Shown piece after piece: positions 27,300 to 37,200 of a stretch of DNA of 64,000 bases. Source of the DNA: Thermoplasmata archaeon. Its GTDB lineage: Archaea > Thermoplasmatota > SW-10-69-26 > JACQPN01 > JAJPHT01. Each line of letters opens with the position of its first letter. Position 1 is the stretch's first letter. Below the pieces are notes generated by a model. It saw only the letters and a list, made by a program, of their open reading frames with translations. It searched no databases and had not been told where the DNA came from. The stretch lies in assembly GCA_034667685.1 (NCBI GenBank), contig JAXDQU010000118.1, positions 1 to 64,000 of the forward strand, given 5' to 3'. The position numbers and the translations under genes are program-made.

Positions 27300-27803
27300 T
27301 CATCCTTCGCCGAGCGTTCCGAGCATCGCCGCCATGTCGGCCGCGGACTGGTCGGCGGGCTCGTTGCCGATCGACGCCGAATCGCTCGTGTCGCGCAGGC
27401 TCGACGCCGTGATCGTCCCCTCGGGCCCGAGCAGCGCGTTCGCCGCGAACAGATCGCGCGTCGGGACGTCGCCCACGTGCGGGCCCACGACGCCGCCCAC
27501 CTGCTGGAGCGCGACCGTCTGGAGAAGCTCCGTGGGCACGCGCGGCAGCGAGAGCAGCACCATCGCGTCGGCCAGGTTCTCGTGGAGCAGCCGCGACTCG
27601 CCGCGGTCCAAGGGGCTCATCGCCGCCTGCGCCGCGAGCTGGGCCAACCCGCCGCCGCGCGGCATGGGCGCGCCCAAGAGGAGCGCGTCGCGCACCTCGC
27701 CCGCGCCGAACGCTCGCAAGCCCGCGGGCCGGAACCCCTGCGCGGCCGCGACCGGCGCGAGGACGACGAGCGCGACGGTGGCGCACGCAAGGACGAGGCG
27801 CAT
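27300..27803 (-). CDS. Secreted hypothetical protein
   Basis: Signal peptide MRLVLACATVALVVLAPVAAA; host-like codon usage. Confidence 0.7.
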   Translation of the reverse strand: MRLVLACATVALVVLAPVAAAQGFRPAGLRAFGAGEVRDALLLGAPMPRGGGLAQLAAQAAMSPLDRGESRLLHENLADAMVLLSLPRVPTELLQTVALQQVGGVVGPHVGDVPTRDLFAANALLGPEGTITASSLRDTSDSASIGNEPADQSAADMAAMLGTLGEG

Positions 27804-27852
27804 CGGCGAGGCTCGCCGGCGCGCGTGGAAAAGGGTTCTCGCCGCGTCCCGC

Positions 27853-28107
27853 TCAGGGCCGAGCGCGCAGCTCGCTCTGGTTGACGCCGCCCGCCGCGTC
27901 GAGGTCCTTCTTCACGTGCTCCTCCTCGACGATGAGCGCGTTGATCTCGCGCGTGAGCCGCTCGCGCTCCGCGTGCAGCTTGGCCTTCGCGTCGCCCTCC
28001 GCCTTCGCCTCCTTGTCGCGCGCGCGGCGGAGCAACCCGCGCTTCGTGCGCAGCTTGGACTCGATGCGGTTCAAGCGAGACTCCAGCCACCAGCTCTTCA
28101 GGCCCAT
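27853..28107 (-). CDS. Small coiled-coil hypothetical protein
   Basis: MGLKSWWLESRLNRIESKLR..., start ATG 28107; TATA-like CTTATGA upstream on the minus strand. Confidence 0.7.
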   Translation of the reverse strand: MGLKSWWLESRLNRIESKLRTKRGLLRRARDKEAKAEGDAKAKLHAERERLTREINALIVEEEHVKKDLDAAGGVNQSELRARP

Positions 28108-28170
28108 GCCCCTCCGATGCCGGCGCCGGGTCATAAGCGAGACGCCCCGCGCGCGCGGCCCGTTGCAGCC

Positions 28171-28194
28171 AGACGCGCAGGCTCTGACCCTAAA
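28171..28194. repeat. Left TSD + left TIR of the transposon
   Basis: AGACGCGCA|GGCTCTGACCCTAAA. Confidence 0.92.
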
Positions 28195-28277
28195 GTGACG
28201 ACTTCCGGGTTGCCCGGCTGATTTTCGGGTCGGCGTTCGGCGCGATGCCGGCTGCAAGAGTGCTGGCGGATGGTCCG

Positions 28278-28478
28278 CTACTTCTTGCCCGCCTTCTTCT
28301 CGGCGGCTTCTTCGTCGTGCTCTCGGAGGGCAGCCCAGGCGACTTCCGCGGCGTGGGTCACCGATGCAAACCGCTTCCCCGGCCCGGTGCGTTCTAAGAC
28401 CCACCCCAGGATCGCGGGATCTGGGGTGATGCTGACCTTTCGCTTCTGGCCATGAGCAACCGCCTTTGCGCGCCCCAT
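28278..28478 (-). CDS. Ribbon-helix-helix DNA-binding protein
   Basis: KRKVSITPDPAILGWV...FASVTHAAEVA pattern of archaeal CopG/RHH regulators; divergent from the small-gene operon. Confidence 0.7.
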   Translation of the reverse strand: MGRAKAVAHGQKRKVSITPDPAILGWVLERTGPGKRFASVTHAAEVAWAALREHDEEAAEKKAGKK

Positions 28479-28651
28479 TGTCCCCCTTAGGGCGACAAGA
28501 GAGTTTAAGGGCCTGGGGGTCTCTGGCCCCCATGAAGCCCCGATGCCCGGCATCGGATTCACCTGCATCCCACTCGGGGGTGGGGCCCGCCTGGTGCGGT
28601 TTCTTCTGGCTGTTTTCTTCGCCGCACGCCCCCCTCTGCTGAGGAATAGGC

Positions 28652-28777
28652 ATGCCGTACCCCGGAACCGACGACTCGTTGATCACCGCGAATCAAGCAG
28701 CGGAACCTTTGTCGCCACCGTCGCCATCTCCGCGCCCGTCTGAGGCGCGAAAGAAGCTCGCCGGGGTGGTCGCGTGA
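28652..28777 (+). CDS. Small hypothetical protein (41 aa)
   Basis: GAGG RBS, ATG 28652, stop overlaps the next GTG (GTGA). Confidence 0.45.
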   Translation: MPYPGTDDSLITANQAAEPLSPPSPSPRPSEARKKLAGVVA

Positions 28778-29100
28778 TCGACGACCCGGAGGACCCGGCC
28801 AAGTTCGTCGGGGACCTCTGCTGGATCGGTTGCCCGCAATGCGAGGGGCCGGTGAACGCAAGGCCCGTTCGCGACCAAGCGGTGCGCGCGCTGCTCCTGC
28901 GAGTCGCTGACCTCATCGAGGGCGGGAAGGTCGCGCAGGCGGATTTCGTCAAGCGGCTGCGCATCATCGCCATCGACCTCTACGAGGGCATGCAGGCGGA
29001 TCTCGCCTTCTCATGCTACCCTTTGGAGATGCTGGATGACTTTGACGCGGGCGAGGACGAACCGGAGGAAGAGGACGAGCCCGCGGGAGGGAGCGCATGA
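28774..29100 (+). CDS. Hypothetical protein with CxxC motif and acidic tail
   Basis: CPQC; coupled to both neighbours by 4-nt overlaps. Confidence 0.7.
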   Translation: MIDDPEDPAKFVGDLCWIGCPQCEGPVNARPVRDQAVRALLLRVADLIEGGKVAQADFVKRLRIIAIDLYEGMQADLAFSCYPLEMLDDFDAGEDEPEEEDEPAGGSA

Positions 29101-29417
29101 ACCAGCCCGAAGGCAGCCCCATTCCCGTGCGCCTGGATGCCGCGCGGTGTCCCAAGTGCGGCATCGGCCTGGACCTCGATCCGCTCCTCATGGCGCGCGA
29201 CCTCTCCATCGTATCCGCCCTCCTCCAGGAACTCGGCATCGTGGACGACGCCTCCCGGCGCGTGAAGGAACTGCTGGACGGCCTCGCCCGCAAGAGCATC
29301 ACCCTCTGCACCGACATTGGGCTCTACGGCTACGACCTCATCAGCGAAGAAGAGGAACCGGAACTACCACCGGGCCGCCGCGAGCCCGAGGACGAGACCA
29401 CCCCTGCTGATGACTGA
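29097..29417 (+). CDS. Hypothetical protein with CxxC motif and acidic tail
   Basis: CPKC; GGAG RBS; ATGA overlap. Confidence 0.7.
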   Translation: MNQPEGSPIPVRLDAARCPKCGIGLDLDPLLMARDLSIVSALLQELGIVDDASRRVKELLDGLARKSITLCTDIGLYGYDLISEEEEPELPPGRREPEDETTPADD

Positions 29418-29568
29418 ACCGCTTGAAGCGCTTCGAGCGCTCTTCTCAGACGCCGCAATCGCCCCCTCCCGAAGGCCCTGCCCCGAACCGGACGGCGACT
29501 CATACCGCGGCGCACCTTCTGCTGTTCCGTGCTTGTGCTCTGTTGCAGACGCAATGGAGCGATTCTGA
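29410..29568 (+). CDS. Small hypothetical protein
   Basis: ATG 29410 overlaps the previous gene end; TGATG overlap with the next gene. Confidence 0.45.
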   Translation: MTEPLEALRALFSDAAIAPSRRPCPEPDGDSYRGAPSAVPCLCSVADAMERF

Positions 29569-29831
29569 TGCCCAAAGCACGCCGCAAGCTCCGCACGGAC
29601 TACCTCATCAACCTCAGCGTCTTGTCGAGCTCACCCGAAGCTGACCGACCCTGCGCCCAAATCGGAGTCATGACGCTGATCCCCCGGATCCGGATCGCTC
29701 ACGGCATAGGCCAGAACTGCGTCACCTTCCGCTATGGCTACGACTTCAAGATCGAAGTGGACCGCATCATCGCAGAACGACTCCGAGACGACTTGACCAA
29801 GTGGCTGGAAAAGAACCCCTGGTCCCGGTGA
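29568..29831 (+). CDS. Small hypothetical protein
   Basis: MPKARRKLRTDY... from ATG 29568. Confidence 0.6.
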   Translation: MPKARRKLRTDYLINLSVLSSSPEADRPCAQIGVMTLIPRIRIAHGIGQNCVTFRYGYDFKIEVDRIIAERLRDDLTKWLEKNPWSR

Positions 29832-30027
29832 TTCAAGGCTGCTGCCGATTCAGCGAGCGATGGACTTCTCGGGAATTGGCGTGCGTCTCCAGCTGCAACC
29901 CCAACCGAGAACGAGTTGAAGCTCGGTCACGATTGGCCCGCCATTTCGGAACAGTCCGCGCAGTGTAGACCACTGAGAGTCGAAGGGAAACCGAGCATAC
30001 ACTTTGGCTCAGCCTGCCAGGCGAACC

Positions 30028-32838
30028 TCAGGACTCTCGTTCCTGCACTTGGATGGTCCAATGTTCGCCCAGACCCAACTCGGCCAAGACGCGCCGGAGA
30101 TCACGCTCCAAGTTCTCGCGCTCCGTCGTGGGTGTTTCGACCGACACAGAGAGTGTGAGCGACACTTTCTGCCCTTTCTTCAACGTCGGGATGAGCCGGA
30201 CACCCAGTTTGTTCCACGCCTCAGGCGGAAGCGGTCCACTCATATCGATGACCGCCACAGCTCCAGCAGCGCTGTCTTGTCCGATGACGACGGACGGGGA
30301 GTCAGGGGGCGACTGAACCAGTCCGAAGACGACAGCCCCACGGTCTTGCGCGCTCGCATCAGCGGCTTTCGGAGGCGGCGCGGTCAGCACTTGTGCCTTC
30401 GTCTTCAGCAGGAGGAATGTACCTGAGTCGAAGACGACCTCCTCGCTTGGAACCAGTTCCTTGAACCAGACCCGCGTGAACGTCCCATCGTTCAACTGCC
30501 CAGATGCGAGGCCAAACTCCCCGCGCTCGACGAGTCGCGGGAGGTTCGCCTTGAGGGCGCCCTCCGGGTCGGGCAGGCGGGTGAGGCTCCCGTCAAGGAA
30601 CGCTTTCCTGACACCCGCCAGGGGCCAAGCGCCGCTCTCCTTGAGAGCGGTGGGCCAGTTGCGTTCCAGATAGCCGGCCCCGACGCTGTCGCTGAGACGT
30701 CCTTCGCTTCGAAGGGCCGTCAGGATTCGGCCGGCAAGGCTCTCGTTGGCCGAGGAGTGTCCCGCTCCAAGGTCGATGACATGGATGCCGTCCGGGGCCT
30801 TGGGATCGTAGAGGAGGACGTACCGGTATGCGGCCCAGACTTCGTCCTTGACCGCGTCGCTCGCGTTGCGGACGTTGGCACTGACCTCGTTCCTTTCGTC
30901 GGCTTCGAAGTCGCCGCCGAGGATTCCCCGATTGATCTCCTCCTGAACGCGCTTCCACGCGAGGGAGACTTCGATCTTCTCTCGCAGGTCGAGGCCTTCC
31001 TTCTTGAGGACCCACACGAGCGCGCCGGGGTAGAGGCGTGCGTTCGCAGGACTGCGCTCGCGGGTCCACGAGGCCAGAAGCTTGCGTCGGGACTCGCTGA
31101 AGGTGACGCCCGGTTCGATGACGACGGCCGTCAATCGGGGGAGGTCGGGGACTTCCGTGCTGTCGTTGGGGAAGAAGGCGAATTTGAGTTTGTCGTCCTT
31201 GGCGAACTCGGTCTCGATGGCCTTTCGCATGGCCTTCGTGACCTCGATCTCGTCCAGGCTCGCGCGTCGGTCGCCGACGACCTTCTGGAGCTTGGGCTTG
31301 AGGCCGAAACGGAAGCCGTCGCGTCCGACCTTACGGAGGTAGAACGCTCGGGATTCGATGGCGTTCGCGGCGCTGTCGATACTCGTCGTGTCCAGGCCCG
31401 GCTCGCCGAGCGCGAACCGAAGTTCGGGCAGGTGCGCGACCTTGTCGCCCGTCATCCCGCCCGACGACTCGAAGAGGATCGCGGCGGCGACGCGACGGTG
31501 GATCTCGGCAAGCTGGCCCTTCGCGTCTGCGTCGAGCGCGCGGGCGTGGCTGTGCTCGCCCGAGATATCAGAGTCGATGGCCGTGAGGAGACGGTTCTCG
31601 CCAAGCTGTGCGAGCACGGCGCTCCGAAAACCGGAGTCGGCGAGGGGCGCGCTTCCGAGGCTGATGAACGCCTCCTTCCTCGCTTTCTCCCACCCGTCGC
31701 GGTAGGCCCATGAGACCCACTTTGCGAGCATAGCCAGCGTGCCGCGGGTCTGTTGGTATTGCGGCAGGCTCTGCCACTTCCGCTGGAAAACGGAAAGCGT
31801 CGCGGGGTGGAAAGGATAGCACTTGCCGAAGCGACGCGCGAGAGCCTCGCGGGCCGACTTGTCGGTCGCTCCAGCCTCCACGACGGTCCATTCGGGGGGC
31901 AGCTGATTGCGGCGCTCGAAACACCAGTCGGCGTATTCCTCCGCCGCGTGCTGAATCTTCTTCTGCGTCCTGTCGTCGAAATCCTCGAAAAGACGTCGGC
32001 GAACGATCTCGGCGATTTCGCCCTCCTCGTTCACCACGACACTGTTCCCGACGCGCTTGATGACCTTCTCCAATCTTGCTTGCCACTTGTCCTGCCACTG
32101 CTTCTCGAACTCGCCCATTTCGATTTCGCTGCGAGGCAAGGAAAAGATGGCTGCGCACCCCGTCGTGCTCGTGAGGCTTCGCGCGAGGTTGTCCGAGAAC
32201 GCCAAGAAGTCGTCCGCGATCTTCTTGTGGCGGACGATGAGGTTGAGCGTCTCGTCGAACAGAATGAGGACGTGCCCGCCCGCGAGACGGTAGAGCGCTT
32301 CGAGCGTATCCGTGCCCGGCGGCGAGGTCTTTGCTGCCGGACCAAGCAGGCGCACGCCTTCATCGCCCGCAAGCTGGCGCGCGACGTCGATCCATGGGGT
32401 CTCGCGCCCTTCAGTGGGATCCCACGCATTGCCGACGAGGACGGCGACCTTGACGGAGGGCAGTTTGTCGATGCCCTCGGTCATGAGGAGCTTCTGTACG
32501 CCTTCGCTCTTGAGCGAGTCTTGCGGATTCTTCGTGAGGTGGTAGAGGCAGGTGAGCGTATGCGTCTTGCCGCCGCCGAACTGCGTGACGAGCGACATGA
32601 CGGGGCTCGTCTCGCCTGTCTTGCCCGCAAGCCGGCGAAGCACCATGCCGAGGTTCTCGCGAAGCGCGCCCGTGAAGACGGTACGTGAGAAGAACTGCTT
32701 GGGGTCCGTGTAGTCCTTCGGCGAGTTCGGGTCGTTGCGGACGACCTGCTCCAAGCGGATGGCGAACTCGTCTGGATCGAACGAGCGGCCCTCGCGAACT
32801 TCCCGGCGAGGTTCTGCGATCTTATACCACGGTTCCAT
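30028..32838 (-). CDS. DUF499 family AAA+ ATPase (BrxC-related)
   Basis: MEPWY...PR.EV.EG, TQFGGGKTH Walker A, ILFDE Walker B, YPFHP, QQTRGTL. Confidence 0.93.
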   Translation of the reverse strand: MEPWYKIAEPRREVREGRSFDPDEFAIRLEQVVRNDPNSPKDYTDPKQFFSRTVFTGALRENLGMVLRRLAGKTGETSPVMSLVTQFGGGKTHTLTCLYHLTKNPQDSLKSEGVQKLLMTEGIDKLPSVKVAVLVGNAWDPTEGRETPWIDVARQLAGDEGVRLLGPAAKTSPPGTDTLEALYRLAGGHVLILFDETLNLIVRHKKIADDFLAFSDNLARSLTSTTGCAAIFSLPRSEIEMGEFEKQWQDKWQARLEKVIKRVGNSVVVNEEGEIAEIVRRRLFEDFDDRTQKKIQHAAEEYADWCFERRNQLPPEWTVVEAGATDKSAREALARRFGKCYPFHPATLSVFQRKWQSLPQYQQTRGTLAMLAKWVSWAYRDGWEKARKEAFISLGSAPLADSGFRSAVLAQLGENRLLTAIDSDISGEHSHARALDADAKGQLAEIHRRVAAAILFESSGGMTGDKVAHLPELRFALGEPGLDTTSIDSAANAIESRAFYLRKVGRDGFRFGLKPKLQKVVGDRRASLDEIEVTKAMRKAIETEFAKDDKLKFAFFPNDSTEVPDLPRLTAVVIEPGVTFSESRRKLLASWTRERSPANARLYPGALVWVLKKEGLDLREKIEVSLAWKRVQEEINRGILGGDFEADERNEVSANVRNASDAVKDEVWAAYRYVLLYDPKAPDGIHVIDLGAGHSSANESLAGRILTALRSEGRLSDSVGAGYLERNWPTALKESGAWPLAGVRKAFLDGSLTRLPDPEGALKANLPRLVERGEFGLASGQLNDGTFTRVWFKELVPSEEVVFDSGTFLLLKTKAQVLTAPPPKAADASAQDRGAVVFGLVQSPPDSPSVVIGQDSAAGAVAVIDMSGPLPPEAWNKLGVRLIPTLKKGQKVSLTLSVSVETPTTERENLERDLRRVLAELGLGEHWTIQVQERES

Positions 32839-32850
32839 GTCTTTCTCCCC

Positions 32851-34272
32851 TTACATCCGCGTGGGCTTCCAGTTCATGATCTCGTCTTCCGTGCCGAGCG
32901 TCCCGTGGGCAGCGTCGAGCGTAGCGTGCAGGATGACCGCTTGCAGGGCTTGCGCGAGCGCAATTGCGCCCGCCTCTTCGATGGGGCCGACGCCCTCGTG
33001 CGTCCAAGAAGTACGGGCCTCGTAGGCTGCCTCGACTTCAGCCCAGTGCTTGTCGCACCACGTCTTGTCCAGTGCCTCGACGCATCCCCTAAGGCGGACC
33101 ATGGCGGGCCAATCACCTCGGTCACCGCCCTGTTTCGGCGAGCCTTGCTTCTTGAGGAGCGCGGCAGTCGCGGTCACCAAGTCGCGGATGCGGCGACCGA
33201 CCTCGACCCCGGCGGGCTTGGCCTCGCCTCCGGGGAATCGCTCATCGGCGACAAGCACGGGCTGATTCAGCGCAGAGCCCAGCCAATAGGTCGCTGTCGT
33301 GACCCGCTCGGCGGCGACAGTCTTCGGTCGTGCCGTGAGGAGAACGTTGAGCGCTTCGTGCCATCGTCGGGTCGGTTCCGCCCACGAGGCTGGAGCCGAG
33401 ACACGCACTGGAAGGCCGGGGCCCGTCCCATCCGACCACATGGCAGGCCAGAACTCGCCGCTCGCGAAGCGCAGTCGCCAACCGTGACGGCGTTCAATGT
33501 TCTCACCCTTCAGCGCGACGACCTGTCGACTCCTCTCCTCGAATCGCCCACCTGAAAAGAACTTCAGGACCGCGAGCGCGAAATGGGCGTCGTCGCGAGC
33601 CTTCTGATATGCCGACTCCGGGGAGCCCCAAGCGCGGACATGGAGCACTGCGTTCTCGGAGTAGTCGTCCTTCTTCCCATTAGGTCGCAGTTCCGATTCG
33701 AAGATGAGCATGTTTGCGGTTGTCGCGCCCTTGTCTTGTTCGCTCTCGTTCGTGCGGGCGACCGCCGCTACCACCTCCCCGCAGTATCGTCGCCATTCTT
33801 CGCTCGTGAGGGATTTGAGGGTAGCAGTCCCGATGCGAACGACGCAGCCTTCCTCAACGGACACGTTGTCCAGCGGGATGACGAACTCATACTCCCGGAG
33901 ATGCCGCTCCAAGGTATCGATGAACTCTTCGAGTCGCCCTCCAAGGTCCGCGTGAGGCTCCTTGACCTCATCGGCAAAGACCCGCTCAAGGGCGTCAAGA
34001 CGCGAGCGCGCCGAGAAATGATCACTGGCGATCTTCGACCACGGTAGTTCCGCATCGGCGCGGGCCAGCGTCGCGAGGTCGTGTGCCGTCAAGTAGCGGT
34101 ATGGCCAATAAGGCGAAACGCGCACCGCCCCGCCGCTGTCAATCGCCCCAAACGGCGAGTCGATGGGGAGACCGTTCCTCAGCCGCCCACGTTCGTCTGC
34201 TTCACGCTGACGGACCGCTGCTGCGAGTTCTCGAATGATTTCAGCGGCGCTGGTCGTGTCCATCACCATCAC
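32851..34272 (-). CDS. Putative HEPN (ApeA-like) RNase effector
   Basis: C-terminal YEARTSWTHEG = R-x4-H HEPN motif in a helical domain; ATGA-coupled inside the defence operon. Confidence 0.7.
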   Translation of the reverse strand: MMVMDTTSAAEIIRELAAAVRQREADERGRLRNGLPIDSPFGAIDSGGAVRVSPYWPYRYLTAHDLATLARADAELPWSKIASDHFSARSRLDALERVFADEVKEPHADLGGRLEEFIDTLERHLREYEFVIPLDNVSVEEGCVVRIGTATLKSLTSEEWRRYCGEVVAAVARTNESEQDKGATTANMLIFESELRPNGKKDDYSENAVLHVRAWGSPESAYQKARDDAHFALAVLKFFSGGRFEERSRQVVALKGENIERRHGWRLRFASGEFWPAMWSDGTGPGLPVRVSAPASWAEPTRRWHEALNVLLTARPKTVAAERVTTATYWLGSALNQPVLVADERFPGGEAKPAGVEVGRRIRDLVTATAALLKKQGSPKQGGDRGDWPAMVRLRGCVEALDKTWCDKHWAEVEAAYEARTSWTHEGVGPIEEAGAIALAQALQAVILHATLDAAHGTLGTEDEIMNWKPTRM

Positions 34273-37200
34273 CTCGGCATCGCGAGCAGCATGGCTTCCA
34301 CGAGCCTGCGTTCATCCGTTCCCTTCGGGTAGAGCGCGGCGAGCGCGTTCGCGAGGCGCTCGAAGTCCGGCCCGCGCCGCTTCTCGTCCGCCAAGAGCGA
34401 CCGCAGCGCCGCCGTCTGTCCGCTCTGCTGCAGGAGCATGGCGGCGTGGACGCGGTCGAGCGTCGTGACCTGCTTCGAGCGGTCGCCCGCGGCGTCGTCC
34501 CCGACGGTCGCCTTGGCCTTCTTTGCGCCCTTTTTCTTCGCAGGCGCGCCGGAGGGCGGCGGCTCGTCCGGGAAGAGCGTGAGCTGCACGCCGCCGCGCA
34601 GGTTGCTGCTTTCGAGTTCCCCAACAGCCGCTTCCGCGCCGCCCGTGCCGAATAGCTGCTTCATGCGCTCGCTCACGGGGAGGAGGCGCACGACGCCCTT
34701 GTCCGTCTCCGAGATCCGACCTTCCCACGTCTCCAGGTGGATGCCGAGCGGCTGCGCGAAGCGGCGGACCACGTCGTAGGGCAGGGAGAAGCCCTTCTTC
34801 TTGGCCGACTTCCCGCTGCCTTCCTCGCCGTCGTCGGCTTCTTCGGCGGCTTCTTCCGCATCCGGGCCGCCACCGCTGTTCCCATCCTCGCTCGCGGTAC
34901 CTTGCAGCGCCCACAGGAAGAGCGCCGTCAAGCGCGCATCCTCTTCGAGCGCCGTGCCCGCGCCGCCGGTCTTGCCCAAGACCTGCTCCAACGCGAGTCG
35001 GCCCACGACCTCCCACACCTTCGCGAGGTAGCCCTGCTTGTAAGGCTCCGACGCCGTGGGGTCGCCACCGAGCGGAATCTCGCGATCCTCCGCGTCCACG
35101 ACCTTCGAGTAGCGGCTGTAAACCTCCATCGCCGGGCCGATGCACGCAAAAACGAGATCCGCGCCGCGCACGCCTTCGTTGTCGAGGCGATCCATCCACG
35201 CGCGGACTTTAATCGGAAGCTCGCGCGCCACGTTGGCCCAATCGCCCTCTGTGGCTGCTTCCTCGCGAGGTCGACAGATGAGATGGATGCTCGTTGCCAG
35301 AGCAGCGGATTCGCGAGCGCGTAATCGCGTGGCCATCTCGGTCGCGATGGGCCATGAACCTGTGATGACCCACCCGTTCTTAACCATACCCGATAGCAGA
35401 GCCTCCCAGCCCTCAGTTGTCTTGTGGGCAAAGACCACGCCCCCTACTCCATCCTCTCGAAGGACGCGGCGTCCCTCGGAGAACGCCTTTGCCATAGTCT
35501 TCTCGAAGAACACCCCATCCTTTGGCGTCCCATCTACCTCGCGCGCCTCGTCCATGCGAGCCTCGCGACGCTTTGGAGTCAGGACGTTGGAAGCATCGTC
35601 GCGATCTCTGAGCAGAGGGTGGCCGGGAAGGTCCCGCTTCAGCCAGATGTAGAATACATCTGAGAGGTCCGAATAAGGCACGGCGTCGTAATAGGGTGGA
35701 TCAGAGAACCAAACGGAGGCGCTTGCATCCGGAAGTGGGGACGCAGTCGCGTCTTCCTGCTCGACGCGGCCGGGGCGATCGCACCACGTGGCAAGTTGCT
35801 CAACGCACTGTGCGACCACTTCAACGCCATCCGAGAAGCTGCCGGTCGAATCAGAAATGGGCACAGCCTCGGCGAAGTCCCACTCAAGCGAGAGGGCTTG
35901 CCTGACGAACATATGCTCGACCTTCTCTTGGTCGGCTTGATAGCGCCAACTACAGAGGGAAGATGATCGGCTGGCGACGCGATCCAGAACGAGTGCGAGA
36001 AGCTCCTTCACATTTGGCTCCGCGCCGGATTCTCGGACCACCTCACCAAGCGTCGCAAGCGTAAGCTTTTGCCGGGAGGTGTAGAGCTTCCCGAAATCGT
36101 CGATACCGTACAGGTGAAAACGGAATGGTGAGTTCTTCGCCATCTTCGCTTGCACGACTGGCTCGTTCGGGAGCGTCGGGATCCCGGGTACAATAAATGT
36201 TGAGCGCAGCTTGGCTGCCGCCGCCTGTGCGAGTTTAACCGCTTGATAGTCTCGTTCGCTGGCGAGGCGATACTGGCGACCGGTCGCGCTGGGAGTTAGA
36301 CAAACCACCGCCAGAAACCGGGCTCCGCCGATTCGGCGGTCCTGCGGATCGAACCGCACCTCTGCACCGCCCGCTTGGTCCCGAAGTTGAGGTCTTACTC
36401 GCTCGACTCCAAGGGTCACACCGCAAGATGGGCAGGTTGCCTTTCCTCCCGCAACAGTTCCCTTCGCAACGTCGCCCTCCTTCTTCGGCTCGAAGATCTC
36501 AAGCTGTCGTTCCGCGCCGGGCTTGGCGCTCTCAACGAAGCGCAATGCGCGTCGACGGCTCGCCTTCTTGCACAGCCACATTGACCGGATGAGAGGGATC
36601 TCTGCGCCGCAGTTCGGGGATTCACACCGCACGGTACGTGCCCAAAGGTAGGCGATGGGCCGTGAGCCGTCCGGATCTATGGGATAGAAGTCTTCGAGCC
36701 GCTTGTCTGCAGTCGATCGGATTGATTGAGCGACATTCCTCAGTTCGTGTGCAAGCTCGGGGCCAGCGCGAGGAATGTTCTCAAGGAGGTTCTTGAGAAT
36801 AATGCAAGCCACAGGATTGAGGTCAGAGGCGAACGTGTCGCATCCCAATCTCAGGGCTTCGAGCGGGATGCTTCCGCCACCTGAGAACGGATCCACAACC
36901 AGGGGAGCTTCATCGCCGTGGGCTGCGCGTACAAGCGTTCGGGCTGCTTTTAGATAGGCGTTTTTGGCGCTGTTGTTCCAATCAGCAAAGTCGCCGATGA
37001 ACTTTAGGAGCGCTTCGCGCAGGTCCACGTCCTTCGGTCCGATGCCCGTGAGCGTGCGCGGGAGCGCGGCGCGCGCCTTCTCCTTGAAGTCGGTGGGGCA
37101 TGCGGGGTCGCACGGGTCCGGAAGGAGGAGCGCCATGAGGACCGCGCGCGAGGACGCAAGCGGGCGACGCGCCCACCACAGGTGAAGCGTGGACGGGTGC

